From positions 1 to 57,435 of the forward strand of contig URKC01000001.1 in assembly GCA_900548295.1 (NCBI GenBank): a DNA stretch of 57,435 nt. The letters are read 5' to 3'. Under the pieces are notes generated by a model. The model was not told where the DNA came from and searched no databases. It saw only the letters and a list, made by a program, of their open reading frames with translations. Made by a program: the position numbers and the translations under genes. Each line of letters begins with the position of its first letter. Position 1 is the stretch's first letter. Source of the DNA: an uncultured Collinsella sp. (GTDB taxonomy: Bacteria > Actinomycetota > Coriobacteriia > Coriobacteriales > Coriobacteriaceae). Positions 19,722 through 27,958 of the stretch are shown here, piece by piece.

Positions 19722-20360
19722 ATGGAAATCTTCAACGCGACCAACCTGCTCTACATTTGGGGCGGCTTTGTTAAGACGATCGAGATCTCGGCGCTGTCGA
19801 TTTTTTTCTCGCTCATCTTTGGCACGGTGCTGGCGCTCGTTAAAAGCTATGCGCCCCGCCCGTTTCGTATTTTGGTGAGTGCCTACATCGAGCTGTTCCG
19901 TTGCACGCCGAACCTGCTGTGGATCCTGTTTATCTACTTTACGGTGCAGGGTTTGGACATTGTGATTTCGACCATCGCCTTTACGCTGTTTACCAGCGCT
20001 GTTATGGCCGAGATTGTGCGCGGCGGCCTCAACTCGATTCCGCGCGGCCAGTTTGAGGCAGCGCAGAGCCAGGGCTTTGGCTTCTTTGCCACCATGCGCT
20101 ACATCATTCTGCCGCAGACATTTAAGACGATCATTCCGGCGCTGTTTAGCCAGTGCACGACCGTCATCAAGGACAGCTCGTATCTTTCGGGCATTAACGT
20201 GGCCGAGCTCATGTACACGGCAAACGTCGTGATGGCCCACGCGATCGACCTGTCGCAGGTGCTTATGCTCTACGGCCTGGTGTTTGCGATGTACTTCGTG
20301 CTCAACTTTGGTATCTCGCTGCTGGTGAGGGCATATCAACGCCGCATCGTGGCCGCATAG
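19722..20360 (+). CDS. Amino-acid ABC transporter permease
   Basis: YIELFRCTP, AEIVRGGLNSIPRGQFEAA, IKDSS. Confidence 0.92.
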   Translation: MEIFNATNLLYIWGGFVKTIEISALSIFFSLIFGTVLALVKSYAPRPFRILVSAYIELFRCTPNLLWILFIYFTVQGLDIVISTIAFTLFTSAVMAEIVRGGLNSIPRGQFEAAQSQGFGFFATMRYIILPQTFKTIIPALFSQCTTVIKDSSYLSGINVAELMYTANVVMAHAIDLSQVLMLYGLVFAMYFVLNFGISLLVRAYQRRIVAA

Positions 20361-20530
20361 TCCTGCTTCCCCAAGCACGGCACCTTGCCCCTCAATCGTC
20401 GCTTGCGTACATTTAGTACGCGGCGCTCCTCTTTCGGGGCAATCTGCCGCACTTGGGAAACCAGGACGGTCGTAAGTGACAAAATGGGAATCAGGAATTG
20501 CCTTTTCTCATTTGTTAGAAAGGAATCGCG

Positions 20531-21154
20531 ATGAGCGATCTGGAGAACAAGAAGAATCCTGTGGTCATTACCATCGCGCGCGACTTTGGCGCCGAGGGCC
20601 ACGAGATTGGCCGCATGCTTGCCGACGAGTTGGGGATTCCGCTGTACGATAACGAGCTGCTGGTACGTGCGTCGCTGCGCGCGGGCGAGTCGCTCGACAA
20701 GATGGCCGCCTACGACGAGCGTCTGGCCGTGGAGAACATGGCGTTCCTGCCCGACCGCTACGACGCGCGTTCGTACTCGGACAAGTTGTTCCAGAAGATG
20801 AGCCAGGTGATTTTGGACCTGGGCGAGACCGAGAGCTGCATTATCGAAGGCCGCCTGTCCGATTACCTGCTGCGTAACAACCCCAACCACATTGCCGTGT
20901 TGGTGACCGCTCCTTTTGAGGACCGCGTCGAGATTGTGCGCAAGAAGCGTGGCCTTAATAAAAAGAAGGGCGCCAAGCTGGTCAAGCAGCAGCAGAAGGC
21001 GCGCGAGGCGTTCTATAAGCGCTACAGTGCCGGAAAGTGGAAGATGACGAGCGGTAAGGACATCGTCGTCAACCGCGCCAAGCTGGGCCGCGAGGGCTGC
21101 AAAGACGTTATCGCCGCTGCCTACCGCTACAAAGTAGCGCAGCTCGAAGACTAA
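20531..21154 (+). CDS. Cytidylate kinase-like family protein
   Basis: VITIARDFGAEGHEIG, CIIEGR, APFEDRVE pattern. Confidence 0.85.
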   Translation: MSDLENKKNPVVITIARDFGAEGHEIGRMLADELGIPLYDNELLVRASLRAGESLDKMAAYDERLAVENMAFLPDRYDARSYSDKLFQKMSQVILDLGETESCIIEGRLSDYLLRNNPNHIAVLVTAPFEDRVEIVRKKRGLNKKKGAKLVKQQQKAREAFYKRYSAGKWKMTSGKDIVVNRAKLGREGCKDVIAAAYRYKVAQLED

Positions 21155-21160
21155 CCGACC

Positions 21161-21202
21161 AAAACCACCACAAAGGGGACAGGCGCCTTTGTGGTGGTTT
21201 TT
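21161..21202. repeat. GGGACAG REP-like hairpin; inverted partner at 21495-21530
   Basis: AAAACCACCACAAAGGGGACAGGCGCCTTTGTGGTGGTTTT. Confidence 0.75.
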
Positions 21203-21258
21203 GTTTTAGGCCGAGGGGAAGGCCTTGGCGGCAGTGCCTATCCTCGGCTTTTGCATAG

Positions 21259-21474
21259 TCTCGATCTGTAACACCAAGCCAGCGAAAATGGCTCTAACTG
21301 TTACAGATTTAGATGAACCGTTCGGCCGTCAGCCCAACGTCTTGATCTGTAACACCAGGCGGCATATTTGGTCTCTAACTGTTACAGATTGAGATGCGGC
21401 GTGGGCGGCCGGCACAATATCTCGATCTGTAACAACTGCAGGGCTCAACGGACTCCAACTGTTACAGATTGAGA
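21259..21474. repeat. Mini-array of six 15-bp repeats in alternating orientation, separated by 25-26 nt variable spacers
   Basis: TCTYGATCTGTAACA at 21259, 21340, 21420; TGTTACAGATTKAGA at 21299, 21380, 21460. Confidence 0.9.
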
Positions 21475-21494
21475 CAAAACGATCAGGCAAGTCC

Positions 21495-21530
21495 AAAACC
21501 ACCACAAAGGTGCCTGTCTCCTTTGTGGTG
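21495..21530. repeat. GGGACAG REP-like hairpin (inverse orientation)
   Basis: AAAACCACCACAAAGGTGCCTGTCTCCTTTGTGGTG. Confidence 0.7.
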
Positions 21531-21548
21531 ATCTGGGGTCTGGCATAG

Positions 21549-21586
21549 AAAAAGTCCCCGCCGGGCGTGTGCTCGACGGGGACTTT
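21549..21586 (-). terminator. Intrinsic terminator after the nfnB-like gene
   Basis: AAAGTCCCCG / CGGGGACTTT stem with an A run on the + strand. Confidence 0.7.
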
Positions 21587-21614
21587 GCCGTTTGATGGCT
21601 AGCGCTGTGGGTGA

Positions 21615-23024
21615 TTACTCGCCCAGCAGGCTCTTGGTGATGGAAGCGGCGGCCTTCTTGCCGGCGCCCATCGCCAGAATGACCGTAGCGGCACCGGTGA
21701 CGATGTCGCCGCCGGCCCAGATGCGGGGATCGGTGGTCTGGCCGGTCTCCTCGTCGGCAACGATGTAGCCCCACTTGTTGAGCTCCATCTTGCCGCCGAT
21801 CTTGGCAGCGAAGGGGTTGGCGTTGGTGCCGATAGCCGAAATAGCGACGTCGCAGGGGATCTCCTCGATGGCGCCCTCGATGGGCACCGGGCGACGACGG
21901 CCGGACTCGTCGGGCTCGCCGAGCTCCATCTTCTGGACCTTGACGGCGCACACGGAGCCGTCCTCGCCAGCGACAAACTCGAGCGGGGAGACGAGCGGCA
22001 GAACCTCGACGCCCTCGGCCTTAGCATGGTGCAGCTCGGCGCGACGGCAGGGCATCTCGTCCTCGGTACGACGGTAGGCGATGATGGCGTGCTCGGCGCC
22101 CAGGCGCTTGGCGGTACGGACGGCGTCCATGGCCACGTTGCCGCCGCCAAAGACAACGACGTTCTTGCCGTGCTTGGTGGGGGTGTCGTACTCGGGGAAC
22201 TTGTTGGCCTTCATCAGGTTCACGCGGGTGAGGTACTCGTTAGCGAAGAAGACGTTGGGCAGGTTCTCGCCGGGGACGTTGAGGAACTTGGGCAGGCCAG
22301 CGCCGGTCGCCACGTAGATGGCGTCGAAGCCCTGCTCGAACAGCTCCTCGGCCGTGGCCATGTTGCCCACGACGGAGTTGTACTCAAACTTGACGCCCAT
22401 GTCCTCCAGGCCGTCAATCTCGCGCTTGACGACTGCCTTGGGCAGACGGAACTCGGGGATGCCGTAGACCAGCACGCCGCCGCCGGTGAAGAAAGCCTCG
22501 AAGACGGTGACGTCAAAGCCGTTGCGGGCGAGCTCGCCGGCGCAGGTGATGCCGGACGGGCCGGAGCCGACGACGGCGACCTTCTTGCCGTTCTTGGGAG
22601 CCATCTTGGGCGTGGAAGCGAGCTCGGGGCGGTCACCCAGGAAGCGCTCGAGCTGGCCGATGGCCACGGGCTCGGACTTCTTGCCACGGATGCACTTGCC
22701 CTCGCACTGGTTCTCCTGCGGGCAGACGCGGCCGCAGATGGCGGGAAGCATGGAGTCCTCGCGGATGGTATCGAGAGCGCCGCCGAAGTCCTTCGCGCGG
22801 ATCTGCTCGATAAAGCGGGGGATGTTGATGTTGACGGGGCAGCCCTCAACGCAGAACGGCTTCTTGCAGTTGAGGCAGCGCTCGGCCTCGGCCAGCGCCA
22901 TCTCCTCGGTGAAGCCCTTGTCGACGGGGCGGAAGTCGCAGGCGCGCTCGGCAGCCGGCTCCTCGTTATCGGGGGTGCGGGGCGACTTCATATCGGCAAC
23001 GAAACGACCGTTAACTAGTGGCAT
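21615..23024 (-). CDS. NADPH-dependent glutamate synthase beta-like subunit (NfnB/SudA, ferredoxin-NADP+ oxidoreductase large subunit)
   Basis: RCLNCKKPFCVEGCP, CGRVCPQENQCEGKC, VVGSGPSG, GGGNVAMD, AGGDIVTGAATVILAM. Confidence 0.9.
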   Translation of the reverse strand: MPLVNGRFVADMKSPRTPDNEEPAAERACDFRPVDKGFTEEMALAEAERCLNCKKPFCVEGCPVNINIPRFIEQIRAKDFGGALDTIREDSMLPAICGRVCPQENQCEGKCIRGKKSEPVAIGQLERFLGDRPELASTPKMAPKNGKKVAVVGSGPSGITCAGELARNGFDVTVFEAFFTGGGVLVYGIPEFRLPKAVVKREIDGLEDMGVKFEYNSVVGNMATAEELFEQGFDAIYVATGAGLPKFLNVPGENLPNVFFANEYLTRVNLMKANKFPEYDTPTKHGKNVVVFGGGNVAMDAVRTAKRLGAEHAIIAYRRTEDEMPCRRAELHHAKAEGVEVLPLVSPLEFVAGEDGSVCAVKVQKMELGEPDESGRRRPVPIEGAIEEIPCDVAISAIGTNANPFAAKIGGKMELNKWGYIVADEETGQTTDPRIWAGGDIVTGAATVILAMGAGKKAAASITKSLLGE

Positions 23025-23854
23025 GCGCAGCTCTTTTCCTCATAGGCCTTGAGGGACTCGCCCTCTTCGGAACGGTAAGCGGCCTGGCGGGCACGAAGGT
23101 CATCCCAGTCGACCAGGGTGGCATCGAAGTCGGGGCCGTCGACGCAAGCGAACTTGGTCACGCCGCCCACCTCGACGCGGCAGCAGCCGCACATGCCGGT
23201 GCCGTCAACCATGATGGGGTTGAGTGACGCGGTGATGGGGGTGTCGTACTTCTGGGCGGTGAGGGTCGAGAACTTCATCATCGGAACGGGGCCGACGCAG
23301 AAGACCTGGCACACGGCCTTGTCCTGCAGCAGGCGCTCCAGCGGAGCGGTGACAACGCCCTGCTCGCCGTAGGAGCCATCGTCAGTGGTGATGTGGATGT
23401 GGTCCTCGTCGAGGAGCTCGCGGAACTGGTCCTCCATGAGCAGGAGGTCCTTGGTGCGGGCGCCCATGATGGCGTGTACCTCGTGGCCGGTCTCGACCAG
23501 GTGCTTGGCGACCGGGAAGGCAATTGCCAGGCCGACGCCGCCGCCAATGACGGCGCAGGGGCCCTCGGCCATCTCGGTGGGAACGCCCAGCGGGCCCACG
23601 ACGTCGCGCAGCGACTCGCCGGCCTCGTAGGTGGACAGCATCTCGGTGGTCTTGCCGATCACCATGAAGATGAACTCGACCCAGCCCTCGTCACCGTTCC
23701 AGCCAGCTAGGGTAAACGGGACGCGCTCGCCCGTCTCGTTGGCGCGAACCATGAGGAACTGTCCAGCGTGCGCATGCTTGGCGATTGCGGGCGCCTCGAT
23801 GCGGAACTTGAACACCTTCTCAGAGAACTGCGTCTTCTCCAGGATCTTATACAT
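23015..23854 (-). CDS. NfnA/SudB-like FAD/NAD-binding 2Fe-2S subunit
   Basis: GERVPFT, VGPLG, GPVPMMKF, MVDGTGMCGCCRV, ACVDGPDF; overlaps the large-subunit gene. Confidence 0.9.
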   Translation of the reverse strand: MYKILEKTQFSEKVFKFRIEAPAIAKHAHAGQFLMVRANETGERVPFTLAGWNGDEGWVEFIFMVIGKTTEMLSTYEAGESLRDVVGPLGVPTEMAEGPCAVIGGGVGLAIAFPVAKHLVETGHEVHAIMGARTKDLLLMEDQFRELLDEDHIHITTDDGSYGEQGVVTAPLERLLQDKAVCQVFCVGPVPMMKFSTLTAQKYDTPITASLNPIMVDGTGMCGCCRVEVGGVTKFACVDGPDFDATLVDWDDLRARQAAYRSEEGESLKAYEEKSCACH

Positions 23855-24014
23855 AGAACCCCTCTCTTGTTAGGGCGACCGAACCGTGCCTCCACGGAAA
23901 TAGACGGCAGCCCGATTAGAACCGTACGCGCACAGGCGATGTGCAGACATACGGTGCAAATTATACCCTCATGGGCATGTCGCTTGCGTGTATCTTCGGC
24001 AGGTGGGAAAAGTG

Positions 24015-24219
24015 ACCTGCCAAAAAGGGACAGGTTTATTTTGGTAAGTTTTATCAGGCAAAACGGCAAAGGGGGCCGGCTTCGCGCTTTGGTGAGGCCG
24101 GCCCCCTTTTGAGGCATTGCATATGTATGGCGGCGCAGGGTTTATTACGATGCGGCCGTTGCGGCGTTTCCGCACATAAAACCTGCCAAAATAAACCTGT
24201 CCCTTTTTGGTAGGTTTTA
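24015..24219. repeat. Inverted pair of GGGACAG REP-like hairpins (24015-24053 and 24177-24219) enclosing a terminator
   Basis: ACCTGCCAAAAAGGGACAGGTTTATTTTGGTAAGTTTTA and its near-identical inverse. Confidence 0.8.
24068..24110. terminator. Intrinsic terminator downstream of pth
   Basis: AAAGGGGGCCGGC / GCCGGCCCCCTTTT. Confidence 0.75.
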
Positions 24220-24852
24220 GTGTTTGCCGTTGGCGGAGGCGGAGCCGTTGACGTGGTCGCGGGCATAGATCACGCCGTGCACGATGGCGAGGCCCGCAGC
24301 GTCGGCGGCGCGGGCGCAGGCGTCCTGGAAGTCCTCGGCCTCGCGGGCGCGCAGCTGCTTGAGCACGTAGTCTGCCACGGCCATCTTGCCGGGAGGGTTG
24401 CCGATGCCGGTGCGGATGCGGCTGAAGTCGCGGCTGCCCATCTTGTCGATGATGGAGCGCAGGCCGTTGTGACCGGCGTGGCCACCGCCCACCTTAACGC
24501 GTACGTCGCCGGCGGGAATGTCGAGCTCGTCATGAATCACGAGCAGCTCCTCGGCCTTGATCTTGTACTCGCGGCAGAGCTTGGAGATGGGGCCGCCCGA
24601 GGTGTTCATGAATGACTGCGGCTTGACCAGCACAATCTGGCGTTTGCCGCCCTCTTCCTCGGCATCGTTGATATTGATGAGCGCGACCTCGGCACCGGCC
24701 TGATTTTTCCAATACGTGACACCGGCCTGACGGGCCAGCTCGTCGATTGCCTTAAAGCCGGCGTTGTGGCGGGTCTCGGCATATTCCTCGCCCGGGTTGC
24801 CAAGCCCGGCAACCATGCGAATCTTAAGCGGCTGTGCAGCTGCCATGTTCAT
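24217..24852 (-). CDS. pth: Peptidyl-tRNA hydrolase
   Basis: GLGNPG, TRHNAGF, KPQSFMNTSG, HDELD, GGHAGHNGLRS. Confidence 0.96.
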   Translation of the reverse strand: MNMAAAQPLKIRMVAGLGNPGEEYAETRHNAGFKAIDELARQAGVTYWKNQAGAEVALININDAEEEGGKRQIVLVKPQSFMNTSGGPISKLCREYKIKAEELLVIHDELDIPAGDVRVKVGGGHAGHNGLRSIIDKMGSRDFSRIRTGIGNPPGKMAVADYVLKQLRAREAEDFQDACARAADAAGLAIVHGVIYARDHVNGSASANGKH

Positions 24853-24960
24853 CCTTTCGTTGATTTGTCGCCTGCTATGGTGAGCGACCCTGTTGCCGCT
24901 GTCAAATGGAGGGCAATTGAGGTGAGTTGAGGGCGTTTGAGCGGTTGCAGGAAACCGGGG

Positions 24961-25164
24961 TGGACAGTTAGTTCAGATTTGTATAAAGCAAGAGGCTCTC
25001 GGCTGCCAAAATCGGAGACATGGAGCCGTTTCGGTGCTTTGGGGCGCACGTTTTGCGCTATTTCGAAGCCATTCGAGCCTTTAAATGAGGTGATTGGCCC
25101 CGAGATGGCAGCAAAGCGCCTTGAAATAAGCCGTCTGTTTATACAAATCTGAACTAACTGTCCA
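24961..25164. repeat. Inverted-repeat cassette B, 204 bp
   Basis: Perfect 27-bp inverted repeat TGGACAGTTAGTTCAGATTTGTATAAA at 24961-24987 and 25138-25164. Confidence 0.92.
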
Positions 25165-25197
25165 GCCTTGCTCGGCGATGTTGTCGAGATACGCTTT

Positions 25198-26325
25198 CTA
25201 GACCGGCGCGAGGCCGATTCCGGCCCGAAGGGCGTTGAGCCATGCGGCTTGACGTTTGCGATAACCCTTGATGCGATAGCGGAACCGAACCCCAGCGAGT
25301 CGATGCATCATTTGTGCGAAGGCTTCGAGCGCAACAAGGTCTTTCATTTGGTCGCGATTGATAACCAGGACGTGGATGCCCATTGCCTTGAGTCCATTAT
25401 TTCGATTGCCATCGTGGATGCGAGCATTTTGAAGCTCATGCCCAATTCCGTTGTATTCGTTGTCGACTCCGGCTGCCGGGCAATATAGGTCGCAGATGGC
25501 ATAGGGGATGCCTGAGGACATGTTGACCGCAAGAGTGTCGAAGTCGATTCGATGGTTGAGTAGCAGGCCTCCCATGGGCAGGCTGCAGCATCCGAATCCG
25601 CCAAAGCGCATGGGCGCGCCCAGGACGGCGAACATTAAGGACTCCGCTGGGGATGCGGATCCTGCTCGGGCGAGTCTGACGGCCGTGCGAAACGAGGCGT
25701 AGGAGCTACTTTTGGCAAACTGTGCGACTGCCTCGAGCTCATTTATGGTTGTGGCAGGCTCGCATTTGTAGTGCGCCTGTTCGTAGCGGGTTTCGTCTTG
25801 CTTTCCGGGTGCCGGCTGGCCGCCATGACAATCAAGATCGTCCATCGCTTCGGAGCTACCGGCCTTGGGCCACGTGTCGTCGTGGGCGATGGGGTTGGTT
25901 ATCTCGGGCGGAAGGGAGTAGGACCCCAGCAGCTCCATGAGAAGCATCAGGACTTTGGCTACAGGCTCATTCCTAGAGCACAACATGGCTGTCATGGCGG
26001 GAGACGTTGCGTAGATGTCAGCTTCGATGTGCATGATTGCTTCCGCGGGAAGCGGGGCGGTGACGCTGTGCTGGAGAAGACGTCCGTCGGGCCGTCTGTT
26101 GTTGCCGCCGGCAACAAGGAGATCTAGGCGCTCGGAGTCGTCTTCGCTCCAGGCGTCAAGCATCGCAAGAGCTACAAAGTCTATGGCGTCCTTGTTGGGA
26201 ACACAACTTGCAAGGGCTTGTGCCTGTTGCCTGTCATCGATGATGCCCCACGGAAGCGCAGAGTACGCCCGTCGAGCGCGGCGAATTGCGCGGAGGGCGG
26301 AGAAATGTGAGATCACAGTGGTCAT
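25198..26325 (-). CDS. Uncharacterised actinobacterial protein with an AbiEi-like middle region and a C-terminal DUF559/Vsr-like PD-(D/E)XK-type domain
   Basis: SASPAES motif, then CDLYCP...NEYNG..H...D.NRNNGL..MGIHV; family assigned from motif recognition only. Confidence 0.6.
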   Translation of the reverse strand: MTTVISHFSALRAIRRARRAYSALPWGIIDDRQQAQALASCVPNKDAIDFVALAMLDAWSEDDSERLDLLVAGGNNRRPDGRLLQHSVTAPLPAEAIMHIEADIYATSPAMTAMLCSRNEPVAKVLMLLMELLGSYSLPPEITNPIAHDDTWPKAGSSEAMDDLDCHGGQPAPGKQDETRYEQAHYKCEPATTINELEAVAQFAKSSSYASFRTAVRLARAGSASPAESLMFAVLGAPMRFGGFGCCSLPMGGLLLNHRIDFDTLAVNMSSGIPYAICDLYCPAAGVDNEYNGIGHELQNARIHDGNRNNGLKAMGIHVLVINRDQMKDLVALEAFAQMMHRLAGVRFRYRIKGYRKRQAAWLNALRAGIGLAPV

Positions 26326-26489
26326 AGCTATAAAGTACTAAGCCGTCGGCGAAATGATGCAGCCGTGGCGTTCTTTTCGCTCAAAGGGGCGTCGTGCGCC
26401 GCAGACGGTAGCAGATCGTGCGAGGGGCCTTGAAAAAGCGGGGCTCAGGGCGCTTGTTTGACCTTGGAGGCATGGATCGAGATAGGTGT

Positions 26490-26693
26490 TGGACAGTTAG
26501 TTCAGATTTGTATAAGGCGATTGAAGCGTTCCGCCATTGTCGAAGGGTTCGGTGGGCAAAATAGAGTGAATGGCATAGTGAAGACGTCCATAAGAGGAGA
26601 GATTGGCCGAGATTATGCCGGCAGGTGAACCTTTGGCGCATCAAGTGGTCCATGTGGGCGCCCAAGAAAATACAAATTTGAACTAATTGTCCA
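26490..26693. repeat. Inverted-repeat cassette C, 204 bp
   Basis: TGGACAGTTAGTTCAGATTTGTAT (26490-26513) and ATACAAATTTGAACTAATTGTCCA (26670-26693), 22/24 complementary. Confidence 0.9.
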
Positions 26694-26714
26694 GGGAAGG
26701 TTGGCGAGGGATAG

Positions 26715-26746
26715 AAAAAGGGTCGGAAGCGAGCTTCCGACCCTTT
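26715..26746 (-). terminator. Intrinsic terminator after prs
   Basis: AAAGGGTCGGAAGC / GCTTCCGACCCTTT. Confidence 0.75.
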
Positions 26747-26779
26747 AAAAGCATCAAAGATGATGCGATGCGTGGCAGG

Positions 26780-27766
26780 CTACAGCGCGAAGTCGCCGCC
26801 GACGAGCGTGGAGACGGGCTCCTCGTGGTAAACGGCGGAGATGGCCTGAGCGAACTCCTCGGCGACCGAGATGGTCTTAATCTTGCCGCCGACCTCGACG
26901 GGAATGGCATCGGTGACGACGCACTCGACGATGGGGGCGTCGTTCAGACGCTCGATGGCCGGACCGGAGAAGATGCCGTGGGTGGCGCACACGTAGATGT
27001 CGCCGGCGCCCATAGCCTTGAGCTCCTTGACGTTGGCGCACAGGGTGCCAGCGGTGTCGATCATGTCGTCGTTGATGATGCAGGTCTTGCCCTTGATGTC
27101 ACCGATGATGCCCATGACCTCGGCGGCGTTGTGGCGCGGACGGCCCTTGTGGGCGATGGCCAGGTCGCAGCCGAGCATGTCGGACAGCTTCTTGGCGGCC
27201 TTGGCGCGACCCACGTCGGGGGAGACGACAACCAGGTTGTCGGTGTCGAAGTGCATGTCGTTGTAGTACTGGCCAAACAGCGGCAGTGCGGACAGGTGGT
27301 TAACCGGGATATCGAAGAAGCCCTGGATCTGGCCCTGGTGCAGGTCGAGGGTGATGATGCGGTTGACGCCGGCACGCTCGAGCAGGTTGGCGACGAGGCG
27401 GGCGGTGATGGGCTCGCGCGGGCCGGCCTTGCGGTCCTGGCGGGCATAGCCGTAGTGGGTGATAACGGCGGTGATGGAGCGGGCGGATGCGCGCTTGGCA
27501 GCGTCGGTGGCGATGAGCAGCTCCATGAGCATGTCGTTGACGTTGCCGCCGGCCACGGACTGAATCAGGAAGACGTCGGCGCCGCGGACGGTCTCGTCGT
27601 AGCGGGCGTAAATCTCACCATTGGCGAACTGCTTTAGCGTAAGGCCCGAAAGCTCGACCCCAAGGTACTCAGCAATCTTCTGAGCGAGGGGACGGTTGGA
27701 GGAACCGGAATACACGCGGATGGACTTGCGCATATTCTCCGACTTCTCGGGATCATTAATCGGCAT
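26780..27766 (-). CDS. prs: Ribose-phosphate pyrophosphokinase
   Basis: FANGEI, YGYARQDRK, DLHQGQIQGFFD, VSPDVG, DDMIDTAGT. Confidence 0.97.
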   Translation of the reverse strand: MPINDPEKSENMRKSIRVYSGSSNRPLAQKIAEYLGVELSGLTLKQFANGEIYARYDETVRGADVFLIQSVAGGNVNDMLMELLIATDAAKRASARSITAVITHYGYARQDRKAGPREPITARLVANLLERAGVNRIITLDLHQGQIQGFFDIPVNHLSALPLFGQYYNDMHFDTDNLVVVSPDVGRAKAAKKLSDMLGCDLAIAHKGRPRHNAAEVMGIIGDIKGKTCIINDDMIDTAGTLCANVKELKAMGAGDIYVCATHGIFSGPAIERLNDAPIVECVVTDAIPVEVGGKIKTISVAEEFAQAISAVYHEEPVSTLVGGDFAL

Positions 27767-27909
27767 TACCCTTCTCCTTTATACATCGAATGCCATATAG
27801 ATGCCTTGTTGCATTGTAACCGCGCGGCGGGGTTTATCGGGTCCTGATAACGTCTTTACCGCCAACGGACACGAACCGACCACTCATCCGGTTGCGCAGG
27901 TCACGATAG

Positions 27910-27943
27910 AAAAAGGAGCCGCCCCCATGGAGCAGCTCCTTTT
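27910..27943 (-). terminator. Probable terminator after glmU
   Basis: AAAAGGAGC / GCTCCTTTT stem. Confidence 0.6.
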
Positions 27944-27958
27944 GTGCTTGGTAAAACG

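Noticed and set aside
21259..21474. CRISPR array
   Set aside because: Repeats are only 15 bp, alternate in orientation, and no cas genes or leader are visible; reported as a different array type
24961..26693. Classical IS or composite transposon
   Set aside because: The enclosed protein has no DDE, HUH or recombinase motifs, I saw no target-site duplication, and each side has its own complete inverted pair
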